Shown piece by piece: positions 8,900-17,387 of a stretch of DNA of 33,846 bases; position 1 is the stretch's first letter, and each line of letters opens with the position of its first letter. The notes beneath the pieces were generated by a model. The model saw only the letters and a program-made list of their open reading frames with translations. It searched no databases and was not told where the DNA came from. Location of the stretch: contig JAFWFF010000032.1 of NCBI GenBank assembly GCA_017515765.1, forward strand, positions 1 to 33,846. The letters are read 5' to 3'. This DNA comes from Bacillota bacterium (lineage in GTDB: Bacteria; Bacillota; Clostridia; Peptostreptococcales; Anaerovoracaceae). Both the position numbers and the translations under genes were made by a program.

Positions 8900-9766
8900 T
8901 CAGTGTTTCAGCACAAATTTCTCTATCGCCAGGGCCACTCCGTCTTCGGTATTGCTCAGCGTTACAAAATCGCTGAACGCTATGACGTCAGGTGTAGCGT
9001 TTCCCATCGCGACCGCGAGACCGGCTTCCTTCAGCATCGCGGCGTCGTTCGGGCTGTCGCCGCAGACCATAAGCTCATCCCGGGAAACGCCGAGGCTTTT
9101 CATCAGGAATTCCAGCGCGCTCGCTTTGCTGGTGGTCGCGCCGCCCAGCTCGTTGTTGAACGGGAAAGAGGATGTGAGCGTTACGCCTCCGAGCTTCCTC
9201 AGTTCTGCCCGGACGCGTTCCAGTTCGCTGTCGGTCGTGTAATTGATGCTTATGCTTTCGACTTCTCCGGCTTTCTCTTCCAGAAAAGCGAGTATGTCTT
9301 CCTTGACCGTCCTGGTCGCGGTCACGTATCTTTTGCTTCTTGTCGTGATCGCTCCGGAACAGATGAGGTCATATTCACGCCTGCCGATGTACGCGATCCC
9401 TCCGGTCATCACCTCTGCGTTGGCGCCGGCTGCGCGGAGCACGGCGGCGGCTTTGATCGTCGCTTCGGGGCTTATCAGGTTCTCGTAGATCGTCAGTTCC
9501 CGGGTGTGGTCTTTCCAGTTGTCAGAAGCGTGCTTTTCCCTGTCGAGCCTTATTATCCTGGCGCCGTTAGTCGTGATAACGTACTCCAGACCGCTGACGC
9601 CGTAGATCTCGTCCGGGAGAGAGCATACGGGCCTTCCGGTAGCTATAACCACGTGCGCTCCGAGCTTGCCTGCTTCCGCTATGGCTTTCCTTACCCCCGG
9701 AGAAAAACGGCCTTCTCCGTTAAGCGCCGTACCGTCAAGATCAAGGCCGATCATTCTGATACTCAT
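8900..9766 (-). CDS. Cof-type HAD-IIB hydrolase
   Basis: DLDGT, IATGR, SKASAL, GDSPNDAAML, AMGNA motifs. Confidence 0.92.
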   Translation of the reverse strand: MSIRMIGLDLDGTALNGEGRFSPGVRKAIAEAGKLGAHVVIATGRPVCSLPDEIYGVSGLEYVITTNGARIIRLDREKHASDNWKDHTRELTIYENLISPEATIKAAAVLRAAGANAEVMTGGIAYIGRREYDLICSGAITTRSKRYVTATRTVKEDILAFLEEKAGEVESISINYTTDSELERVRAELRKLGGVTLTSSFPFNNELGGATTSKASALEFLMKSLGVSRDELMVCGDSPNDAAMLKEAGLAVAMGNATPDVIAFSDFVTLSNTEDGVALAIEKFVLKH

Positions 9767-9782
9767 GGATAAGCGTTCTCCT

Positions 9783-10403
9783 TTATTCCCAGACAGTGTT
9801 CCGCTTCGAACCGGACACTATCTGTATGAACTCTGAATTGTATTTCCTGACCTGCGCCATAGTGCAGCCGCTGTCGTGTCCGGGGAGTATGAAAAGATCG
9901 TTGGGCCAGCGGTCTACCACGTTTTTGACGGACTCTTCCATCTCTGCCTCGCTTCCTCCGGCCAGATCGGTCCTTCCGAGATCGGTATCAAAAACGGTAT
10001 CGCCGGTGAAGCAGAGTTTGCTCTCCGGGCAGAGGAAGCAGACGCTTCCGCGGGTATGCCCGGGAGTATGGAGCACCATCACGGGTTCCCCCTCCAGATC
10101 GATCACCAGGCCGTCTTCCATCGCTATGTCCACCCTGCCCCTGTAGTCTTCCGCGTCTAGGGAATGCATGTATACCGGGCAGTCTGCGGAAGCTAATATC
10201 CCTCTCACCGCGCCGACATGATCGTGATGAAGATGGGTGAGCAGTATCCCCTTCAGCTTAAGTCCGTTATCTTTGAGAAACGCAAGAAAGACGCCCGCGT
10301 TGTATCCGGGGTCTATCAAAAGAGCGTCCCCTCCTTTTCTCTGGTAAATGACGTATCCGTTGCTCTCCAGGTTTCCGCCGACAAAGCGTTTATATCTCAT
10401 CAT
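9783..10403 (-). CDS. MBL-fold metallo-hydrolase (glyoxalase II/YcbL-like)
   Basis: IDPG, THLHHDH, HTPGHT, FTGD, GRTD, PGH. Confidence 0.9.
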   Translation of the reverse strand: MMRYKRFVGGNLESNGYVIYQRKGGDALLIDPGYNAGVFLAFLKDNGLKLKGILLTHLHHDHVGAVRGILASADCPVYMHSLDAEDYRGRVDIAMEDGLVIDLEGEPVMVLHTPGHTRGSVCFLCPESKLCFTGDTVFDTDLGRTDLAGGSEAEMEESVKNVVDRWPNDLFILPGHDSGCTMAQVRKYNSEFIQIVSGSKRNTVWE

Positions 10404-10418
10404 TTTCCCTTTCAGGCT

Positions 10419-10453
10419 AAAAGAAAGACGCAGAAAGCAAAGCCTCCTGCGTC
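10419..10453 (-). terminator. Rho-independent terminator after ispH-rpsA
   Basis: GACGCAGGAGGC-ttt-GCTTTCTGCGTC stem (with G-U pairs) followed by TTTCTTTT. Confidence 0.75.
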
Positions 10454-10472
10454 CGAATGGTTCTTTTGGATA

Positions 10473-12491
10473 CTACTCCTCTGTCGGAGCCGCCTCAACA
10501 GCTTCTTCCACGACTTCGGGAGCTTCTGCAGCTTCAGGCTCCTCAACAGCCGCGGGAGCTTCTTCTGCGGGCTGCTCGGGCTCACCGACCTCGTCGATCG
10601 CCGCCTTGATGCTCAGGCTGATCCTCTTTCTCTCGGTATCGATGTCAATGATCTTGGCGTTCACGACCTGGCCGACCTTAAGCTCTTCAGCGATGTCCGT
10701 GACTCTCTTGTGTGCGACTTCGGAGATGTGGACCAGTCCGTCAAGACCCGGCTCAAGCTCTACGAAAGCGCCGTACTCCTTCGGCTGAACCACCTTACCG
10801 GTGATGATCGTGCCGACTTCGTACTTCTCATTGATAACGCTCCAGGGTTCCGGAGTGATCTGCTTGAGACCAAGGGAGATCTTTCCCTTCTCCTGGTTCA
10901 TGGACAGGACTTTGACCTTGATGCGGTCGCCTATCGCCAGAACTTCCTGCGGGTGTTTGAGCTTGCCCCAGGAGATCTCGGAAATATGAAGAAGTCCATC
11001 TATTCCGCCGATGTCTACGAAAGCGCCGTAATCGGTGAATCTCATGACAGTTCCTTCAACGACATCACCCACGTTGAGTTTTTCCCAGATGTCAGCGATC
11101 TGTTTCTGCTTTTCTTCAAGCAGAACGATTTTGTGCGAGAACACAGCTCTGTTTCTTCTCTGGTCAACCCTGGTAACTTTGACGTCGAACGACTGACCGA
11201 TGAATTCATCCACGCTTTCTGCCTCAACGTATCTGTCGGAAAGCTGGGACATCGGGATGAAGCCGGAGACTTCCTTGTACTCGGCTATGACACCGCCGTT
11301 GACCGCTCTCTTTACCTTTACGTTGATTGGCGTTCTGTTCTCATGAGCTTCGATGATCTCTGCCCAGTGAGCACTCATTTCGAGTTTCTTCTTGGAGAGC
11401 AGAATACTACCATCCTCGTCCGTCTTGATGACCTTGGCCTGGATCTCGTCGCCCTCTTTGAATACATCAGCCAGCGTCTGGCCTTCTTCCAGACTCACCT
11501 CGTCGAGAGGGAGCACACCGTCTTTCTTGCAGCCGATGTTTACAATGACCTCTTTGTCGGTGACCTGATGTACCTTTCCGTCTACGATCTCGCCGTTTCT
11601 CGGGAGCTTGAGGGACGCGTCGATCTCCTCCATAAAATCTGCCATCGTTGTTTTTTCGTTAGTATCGCTCATGTTGGCAATAACCTCCTCAATTATGCTT
11701 TCAGGTGTCGAGGCACCTGCCGCAACGCCTATTTTACTATATTTTTTTAGGGCTTTCAATGGTAAATCTTCTATTTTTTCAGCAAAAAAAGCATTTTCGC
11801 ATAATTGATCGGCTATTTCGAACAACTTTCGCGTGTTGGAACTGTTCCGGCCGCCTACTATCACCATCGCGTCTACTTTTTTGGCAAGTTCCGCGCATGA
11901 TTCCTGCCTCAGTGTAGTGGCGTTGCAGATCGTGTTCACGACCTCTGTCTCAGAGCCGCTGCTCTTTAGAATTTCAACGACTTCATCGAGCAGCGCCTTG
12001 CGTATGGTGGTCTGGCATACGAGGTAGTATTCGCCCGGTTCGACCTTCGCGGCATCTTCGCCGTCTCTGATTATCTTCACCTCTCCGGTGCACCATCCGG
12101 CCGTGGCAATGACCTCCTGATGCGACGGGTCTCCGACTATCAGGACCTTCTTGCCGCTCTTTCCGGCTTCTTCGACCAGTTTATGTATGTGAGAGACTAT
12201 CGGGCATGTCGCGTCAACGAGCCTGATCCCCTTAGCAAGCGCATCGTCAAAGAAAGACCTGGGTTCCCCGTGTGACCTGACGATCACGGTATCGCCCTCT
12301 TCCACTTCGTCGAGCGACGCGATCATTTCGACGCCCCGTTTCTTCAGGTCCCCGGTAACGAGCTCATTGTGGATCAAAGGACCCATTGTGAAGATCCTGC
12401 CCGGCATGAGCCCGATCTGCTCCTCGGTCTTTTTGATCGCCTGTTTGACGCCGAAGCAAAAGCCCGAATTGTCTGCGCGTATTATCTCCAT
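10473..12491 (-). CDS. ispH-rpsA: bifunctional 4-hydroxy-3-methylbut-2-enyl diphosphate reductase / 30S ribosomal protein S1
   Basis: IspH motifs GFCFGV, LIHN, RSHG, DATCP, TICNAT..RQ, SSN, AGASTP, then four S1 domains (e.g. YGAFVDIGGIDGLLHISEISW). Confidence 0.95.
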   Translation of the reverse strand: MEIIRADNSGFCFGVKQAIKKTEEQIGLMPGRIFTMGPLIHNELVTGDLKKRGVEMIASLDEVEEGDTVIVRSHGEPRSFFDDALAKGIRLVDATCPIVSHIHKLVEEAGKSGKKVLIVGDPSHQEVIATAGWCTGEVKIIRDGEDAAKVEPGEYYLVCQTTIRKALLDEVVEILKSSGSETEVVNTICNATTLRQESCAELAKKVDAMVIVGGRNSSNTRKLFEIADQLCENAFFAEKIEDLPLKALKKYSKIGVAAGASTPESIIEEVIANMSDTNEKTTMADFMEEIDASLKLPRNGEIVDGKVHQVTDKEVIVNIGCKKDGVLPLDEVSLEEGQTLADVFKEGDEIQAKVIKTDEDGSILLSKKKLEMSAHWAEIIEAHENRTPINVKVKRAVNGGVIAEYKEVSGFIPMSQLSDRYVEAESVDEFIGQSFDVKVTRVDQRRNRAVFSHKIVLLEEKQKQIADIWEKLNVGDVVEGTVMRFTDYGAFVDIGGIDGLLHISEISWGKLKHPQEVLAIGDRIKVKVLSMNQEKGKISLGLKQITPEPWSVINEKYEVGTIITGKVVQPKEYGAFVELEPGLDGLVHISEVAHKRVTDIAEELKVGQVVNAKIIDIDTERKRISLSIKAAIDEVGEPEQPAEEAPAAVEEPEAAEAPEVVEEAVEAAPTEE
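11731..11759 (-). promoter_or_regulatory. internal sigma-A promoter inside ispH-rpsA, upstream of the S1 moiety
   Basis: TTGAAA (11759-11754), 17 bp spacer, TAAAAT (11736-11731), in an AT-rich island with upstream A/T tracts; SD GAGGAGGT and in-frame ATG (11672) follow. Confidence 0.65.
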
Positions 12492-12547
12492 GTTTCACAG
12501 TTTCCGGGCGGCAGCCTTATGCTTCGCTCCGGATTCCTCCCGTGACT

Positions 12548-12576
12548 ATCCTAAACGAAAACATTCCCGAAATCAA
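12548..12576 (-). promoter_or_regulatory. putative promoter of the full-length ispH-rpsA transcript
   Basis: TTGATT (12576-12571), 17 bp spacer, TAGGAT (12553-12548). Confidence 0.45.
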
Positions 12577-13147
12577 GCTTTGAGCCCTCGGGATCCGACA
12601 GCCTGAAAGCCCGCCGTTTAAGTGCCTCAAGGCCGCTTACAGCGCGGTCCAGGCTCATGTCGTCACGGTTGAGTATCCGCACCGCTCTCTCAAGATATCC
12701 CCTCGCCCCGATCTCCGCTGACCGCAGCATGCCTGAAGCCGCAAGGGCTGCCTTGCGGCGGATCGCGGAAGCCGGGTCGCACGCGGCATCACTCTCCGCA
12801 GCGGGCCGGAACACCGCCCTGACCTTCCATGTGGCCGTATCGACATAGATGTCGTCCACCGACAGCCTGCAATCCTCGGGCAGAAGGCAGAGATCCATAT
12901 CCTCATACATCCCGTAGACGAGCTGCTCCAGGATGCCCAGAGCGTTCACAGCGGACAGTTCTCCCGCCTTGCAGAGCGGGACCATCCCCTGCCTGTCGAT
13001 CCATCCTACAGCGCCTTTCCTTCCGTCGTAACCGGTCAGCGGGAAAAACAGCCCCGGAAAGCCGTGCTCCAGAGCCGCCGCTTCATAGTCTCTTATCTCA
13101 CGGAGGCCGTTCCCGCCCCCGAATTCGACCGGTATCCTGTCTTCCAT
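12551..13147 (-). CDS. DUF6382-like protein (Tad-locus associated)
   Basis: YE...L....PGLF.P ... G..PL ... LL....L..DDIYVD pattern resembles DUF6382; last gene of the Tad operon; strong SD AAGGAGGAGG. Confidence 0.6.
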   Translation of the reverse strand: MEDRIPVEFGGGNGLREIRDYEAAALEHGFPGLFFPLTGYDGRKGAVGWIDRQGMVPLCKAGELSAVNALGILEQLVYGMYEDMDLCLLPEDCRLSVDDIYVDTATWKVRAVFRPAAESDAACDPASAIRRKAALAASGMLRSAEIGARGYLERAVRILNRDDMSLDRAVSGLEALKRRAFRLSDPEGSKLDFGNVFV

Positions 13148-13190
13148 CCCGGCCTCCTCCTTTCACTTTCAGTTTTTTACCACGGATGCG

Positions 13191-13946
13191 TCAGCCCCCG
13201 CAGGTGCCGCAGGGAGTATAGCCCTTTCCGATCGCGTCAGCCCGCTCCATCTCGACAAAGTATTTGTCCACCATCGGACAGCCTCCGATATGGTAGACCT
13301 CCCCTTCGTTGAAAAAGCAGTATACGACGCTCCCGTACCCGGCGCTCTCGCTGTGGCATATGCTGCACGGCCCGAATCTTTTCTTCACCGTCTTGTCCAG
13401 AAACATCTGCTGGCATGCCGGGTTGAGAAAAGGGCACTCTCTTCTGTGATATCTCTCTCCGCGCTCCGGAAAAACATATACCGGGTCAGATTCCTCTGTA
13501 TCCGCGGGATCGCAGCTGGTCCCGTCCCCGTTGTCCTTCCCCGTAAACGCCCTGCACCTGATGCTTCCGTCGTATCTCAGCCTGCTTATGCCTCCGAGCG
13601 GATCCGTCTCCGAAAAAAAGAGCCTGAAATCGAGCGAGATCACGTCATCCATGCTTCCGCTCTCATGCATGTATCTCCATCCGGTGATCAGCACCCTGCC
13701 GACGTTCCGGTTCTCTCTGCTGAGCCGGGACACTATGAACAAGGGCCTCGACACCGGTTCGGGCACCAGGGCGGCTTTGACCGATTCCTCATGAAGCTCG
13801 TCACAGGCCGCGAACATCGCGTTCTCGCCCGCCGCATAGGCGTCCATTACGCTGATCAGCAGCATCATGACTATCAAAAACGCAGGGAAGACCAGTGATG
13901 CTTCCACAAGCTGGCTGCCCCCCTTAGTATTCCGCGGAAAACGCAT
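13191..13946 (-). CDS. TadE-like pseudopilin with two C-terminal His/Cys metal-binding repeats
   Basis: Prepilin motif KGG|SQLVEASLVFP followed by a TM helix; C-terminal YHRRECP..PCSICH and YHIGGCP..GYTPCGTC; alternative start at 13958. Confidence 0.75.
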   Translation of the reverse strand: MRFPRNTKGGSQLVEASLVFPAFLIVMMLLISVMDAYAAGENAMFAACDELHEESVKAALVPEPVSRPLFIVSRLSRENRNVGRVLITGWRYMHESGSMDDVISLDFRLFFSETDPLGGISRLRYDGSIRCRAFTGKDNGDGTSCDPADTEESDPVYVFPERGERYHRRECPFLNPACQQMFLDKTVKKRFGPCSICHSESAGYGSVVYCFFNEGEVYHIGGCPMVDKYFVEMERADAIGKGYTPCGTCGG

Positions 13947-15141
13947 AACTCTTCCCATTCACCTCTAAAAGGTAATCGACGCCCACATAACAGTCCGTGA
14001 TCAAAAAATCCGCCCTGTACGTATACTTCAGATTGATCTGGATCAGATCCATCATCCTGAGCAGTTTAATGTCCTCAGGCAGGAGGCACATCAGCGCCGA
14101 CAGGTGATCCTCGTAGCTGCCTCCGCTCTCGCAGCCGGTATCTATATAGCCGCTGCTCACGCCATCCAAAGCGTTCGTGATCGTCGTCGCCCAGCTTTCG
14201 TCATCTTTCATGAACGGTACAGGCCTCGCCCTCATCAGAAGCTCGTAATCATTGAAACTCTCAGCGAGCGCCCAGCCTGCGAGCAGAGTCTGCTGCATGG
14301 CTTCCGGAGCCTCCGGCAGGAGCACGGCTCCGAGCGCGAGCGCTTCGTTCTTTTTGGTCTCGCACGTATTCAGATACGCGAAGTTCATCACCTCGCGGAT
14401 GCCGATGATCGCTGCCTTTGCCGCCCTTCTGTTCGCGGCGTCCGAGGTCTTGCCGAACAAAATGTACTCTTCTTCGTAGACCAGGAACCGGTTTTCAAGG
14501 CTTTTGTCCGACAGCTGGTTCCTGAAGTGGGTCTTTATGTAACGGTCTATGAAAAACAGGTCCGTGCCCTCGGAGATCGCTCCTCCCAGTGAGCCGAGGC
14601 TTTTGAAGAACTCCCCCGCTCTCTCAAAAAAGCCTTCTCCGGACCTCCCGTGTGAAGGAAGGGAGTTTATCACCCGCTGATTTCTTATGGCACGTTCTTC
14701 CGAACCGGGAGTCTCAGCCGTCTCGCCCGTAAACGGATCCGTAAAGTCCTGAATGACCAGGTCTATCTCAGAGGCTTTGCCCGCTGACACCACCTGCTCT
14801 TTGAAGTTTTCGGCCGCTGCGAGGGAGTATTCCTCAGGCAGGCAGATACAGATCCCCACATCCGCGTAATCCTTTCCCGCGAAAGTATATTCCGCCATTT
14901 CCAGGATCTTTTCCTCCGTCTCTCCCGGAGTGCCGAGATACGCGAATATCCCGTACTCGCCGTAAAGCCGCCTGTCATATTCAGCTATCACAGAGTCTGC
15001 CCAGAGCCTTCCAAGCGCGTTAACGGAACCCGCGACAGACTGCTCTCTGACTGCGCCGATGTATACCGTGAACAGGGTCAAAAGCCCCGTCATTATCACC
15101 AGGACGAAGACCGTCGAGGATCCCTTCTTACTCTTCTTCAT
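13924..15141 (-). CDS. DUF5702/TadG-like Tad pilus protein
   Basis: KKG|SSTVFVLVIM TM helix, AEYDRRLYGEYGIF, YEEEYILFG..SDAAN, WALAES, RMMDLIQ.N. Confidence 0.75.
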   Translation of the reverse strand: MKKSKKGSSTVFVLVIMTGLLTLFTVYIGAVREQSVAGSVNALGRLWADSVIAEYDRRLYGEYGIFAYLGTPGETEEKILEMAEYTFAGKDYADVGICICLPEEYSLAAAENFKEQVVSAGKASEIDLVIQDFTDPFTGETAETPGSEERAIRNQRVINSLPSHGRSGEGFFERAGEFFKSLGSLGGAISEGTDLFFIDRYIKTHFRNQLSDKSLENRFLVYEEEYILFGKTSDAANRRAAKAAIIGIREVMNFAYLNTCETKKNEALALGAVLLPEAPEAMQQTLLAGWALAESFNDYELLMRARPVPFMKDDESWATTITNALDGVSSGYIDTGCESGGSYEDHLSALMCLLPEDIKLLRMMDLIQINLKYTYRADFLITDCYVGVDYLLEVNGKSYAFSAEY

Positions 15142-15517
15142 CCCCGTCTCCGTTCTCTTGTCCTCCGGCTCCCGCTCCTGCGATCTTTCCCGCTCTTATG
15201 ACCGCGGCCTCATCGATCACCCGTGCGTGCACCGTGTACCGGCGGTTCAACCTTTCGCGGTATGCCCCGGTAATATCGGATGAGGTCTCAATGTTTCTTT
15301 CAATTATTCGGTACACCGCCCTGCTTTCGTCCAGTTCCCCGAGCAGTTCACTCTGCGCAAGGCACCTGTCATGCATGCTTACGCACGCGAAAGCTCCGGC
15401 ACCGATGAGGCTCGCGGCCATAAGTATCAAAAGGGGCAGCGCCAGAGAGGCCTCTATGAGTTCGCTGCCCCGCTTTGACAAAAACACTCTTTTAACAGTT
15501 TCCCAATGCCTTTTCAT
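15128..15517 (-). CDS. TadE family pseudopilin
   Basis: KRG|SELIEASLALP prepilin motif with Glu at +5 and a hydrophobic helix. Confidence 0.75.
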   Translation of the reverse strand: MKRHWETVKRVFLSKRGSELIEASLALPLLILMAASLIGAGAFACVSMHDRCLAQSELLGELDESRAVYRIIERNIETSSDITGAYRERLNRRYTVHARVIDEAAVIRAGKIAGAGAGGQENGDGDEEE

Positions 15518-15525
15518 TCCGCCGG

Positions 15526-15660
15526 TCAGCCGTTCAGTTCGGCAAAGGTATTGTTTATGAATTCAGTGATCTGCGTCCTGAATATCAACCCTATCGCTAC
15601 CGCCAGCGCTATGAGTATAGCCGCCTGGACCATCTCCATTCCCCTTTTGTTCCTCAGCAT
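15526..15660 (-). CDS. Flp1-like type IVc major pilin (44 aa, not in ORF track)
   Basis: Manual translation MLRNKRG|MEMVQAAILIALAVAIGLIFRTQITEFINNTFAELNG*; SD AAGGAGG upstream; lies between tadC and tadE. Confidence 0.85.
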   Translation of the reverse strand: MLRNKRGMEMVQAAILIALAVAIGLIFRTQITEFINNTFAELNG

Positions 15661-15674
15661 TCCCTTTCCTCCTT

Positions 15675-16637
15675 TCAGATCTGCATCATCGCAGGCGCGG
15701 CGGTCACCGCCACGAGCGCCAGAAGCGTAACGGACATCGGGAGCGCCAGCCCCGTTTCCGCCCTTCTGCCTTTCTCTTCCGCGCGCTTCCTTCTGACCGC
15801 CCAGAGTCCTTCTCCTTCTGCGGACAGCTTCTCTGCCAGGTCTGCGCCTGTGAACCTGTTCTCATAGATGAGATTCACCATCCTGCTCAGCTCCCTGATG
15901 TGCATATCAGACGCTCTTGCAGAGAGGATGGCCGTCATATCCCCGTTCACGGCTTCCGCTTCCCTCTTTGCCGAAGCAAGAAGCCCGGCGATCGACGTTC
16001 CTCCGGCGTCCCCTTCACCTGTTTTTTCGCTGGTTATATGTGACAGCACATCGTCAAAGACCATCCCGCTTCCCAGAAGGAGCACCACCTTATTGTTGAA
16101 CTCCGGAAGCGATCTCAGTATCCCGTCCGCTTCTTCTCTCGCGCGCTTCTCCGCCTTATCCTTCTCTCCCCTGTATCCGTAGAGCATCAGAAGCGGGCAG
16201 GCCAGAAGCGGAAGCAGGTATGTCCTTCCGCCCCGCGGCCGTCTCCAGTCGAGCACCGTTCCGTCCGGCAGTTCTTCCGGAAGGATGAGCTCGCTGTCAT
16301 CCGGGATGGAAAGATCCCTGACCGCGCTGTCCACCGAATACTTCAGTTTCTCCTCTTCCGACACGGCTCGGACAGGGCTGCTCCCGGACCCGGCCTTCTT
16401 CCTGCCGAGCACCACTTCTTTGCTCACCGAGACGCCGTCTTTCTCCGCCGTCAGAGAAAGGAGCGCATTGTCAGAATCCTTTAACGCCCTCACTCCGACC
16501 ACCCTGTCGCCATCCATCAGATAAACGTCTCCGCGGTCCGAAGGCAGAAGTATCAGCGCAAGGGTCATCAGCAAAGACGCCGCTGCCGTCAGGATGAGTC
16601 TCTTCTTTTCTCTCCTGCAATAATCCGTGAACCCCAT
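15675..16637 (-). CDS. TadC-like type II secretion system F family membrane protein
   Basis: LPEF.NK..LLL.SGM and AEEKG..AET.L..PM, C-terminal TM; position after tadB. Confidence 0.75.
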   Translation of the reverse strand: MGFTDYCRREKKRLILTAAASLLMTLALILLPSDRGDVYLMDGDRVVGVRALKDSDNALLSLTAEKDGVSVSKEVVLGRKKAGSGSSPVRAVSEEEKLKYSVDSAVRDLSIPDDSELILPEELPDGTVLDWRRPRGGRTYLLPLLACPLLMLYGYRGEKDKAEKRAREEADGILRSLPEFNNKVVLLLGSGMVFDDVLSHITSEKTGEGDAGGTSIAGLLASAKREAEAVNGDMTAILSARASDMHIRELSRMVNLIYENRFTGADLAEKLSAEGEGLWAVRRKRAEEKGRRAETGLALPMSVTLLALVAVTAAPAMMQI

Positions 16638-16640
16638 ACG

Positions 16641-17387
16641 CTATACCTCGATCCTGCAGAGTTTCTCCGCCATCCATACAGACCAGGCGATGGCCGCGAG
16701 AGCCGCAGTCATTATCACCCTCCCCGCCGCAGTGCAGTACATCGGCGCGAGGTATCCCGGTGAAGACAGCCTCATGAACGCGAGCATGACGAGAGGCATG
16801 GCGCCTATCATCCTGCCTTCGGTCTTCTTCTGGGAGGTGATCGACCTTATCTCGTTTTCCGCGGTCATCTTTTCACCTATGATCCTGGCCGCGCGGTCCA
16901 CCGCCCTGATGCTGTTCGCGCCGGACGTCCTGCAGGCCGCGAACACGGAAGCGAAATCCCTGATATCCTCGATCCCAGAGCGCTCTGCCAGATCCATCCA
17001 CCCCTCGGTCTCCCCCATGGCAGTCATGGTTATCCCGGCTGAGATCCTCCTCAGTTCCCCGGCCATTACTGAGCTGCTTCCGTACAGGCTTTCCAGGGTC
17101 CTCACAGCTTCGCTGCCCGCTTCCGTGATGTTTCTCCCGGCAGCTAAAGACGCGGAGTAGCTGTAGAGAACGTCTTTGAATTCCTCCCGGAGCCTTTTGC
17201 GCCGCTTCTCCGCGAGATGTTCCGCATAGATCCTCTGTCCCGGGATCAAAGCCGGTAAGGCGAAAGCCCCGAACCAGTAAACGTCGTAGAACAATATCCC
17301 CGCCGCGGTCAGCGCCAGCGCCAAAGCCCCTGCAAACATCAGTCTTTCCCGCGGCCTTAGCGATATGCTCCTGTAATCAGTCCTCAA
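16641..17387 (-). CDS. TadB-like type II secretion system F family membrane protein
   Basis: EFKD.L.S.SASL.AG, L.ERSG.EDI.DFA.VF, KK.E..., YL.PMY....GR; TTG start overlaps the cpaF stop. Confidence 0.8.
   Translation of the reverse strand: MRTDYRSISLRPRERLMFAGALALALTAAGILFYDVYWFGAFALPALIPGQRIYAEHLAEKRRKRLREEFKDVLYSYSASLAAGRNITEAGSEAVRTLESLYGSSSVMAGELRRISAGITMTAMGETEGWMDLAERSGIEDIRDFASVFAACRTSGANSIRAVDRAARIIGEKMTAENEIRSITSQKKTEGRMIGAMPLVMLAFMRLSSPGYLAPMYCTAAGRVIMTAALAAIAWSVWMAEKLCRIEV

Noticed and set aside
10476-10600. Repeat-like E/A/P-rich tail of S1, and the Q/N/E-rich stretch in HslU near 2755-2845
   Set aside because: Low-complexity protein linkers, not DNA tandem repeats or a CRISPR array
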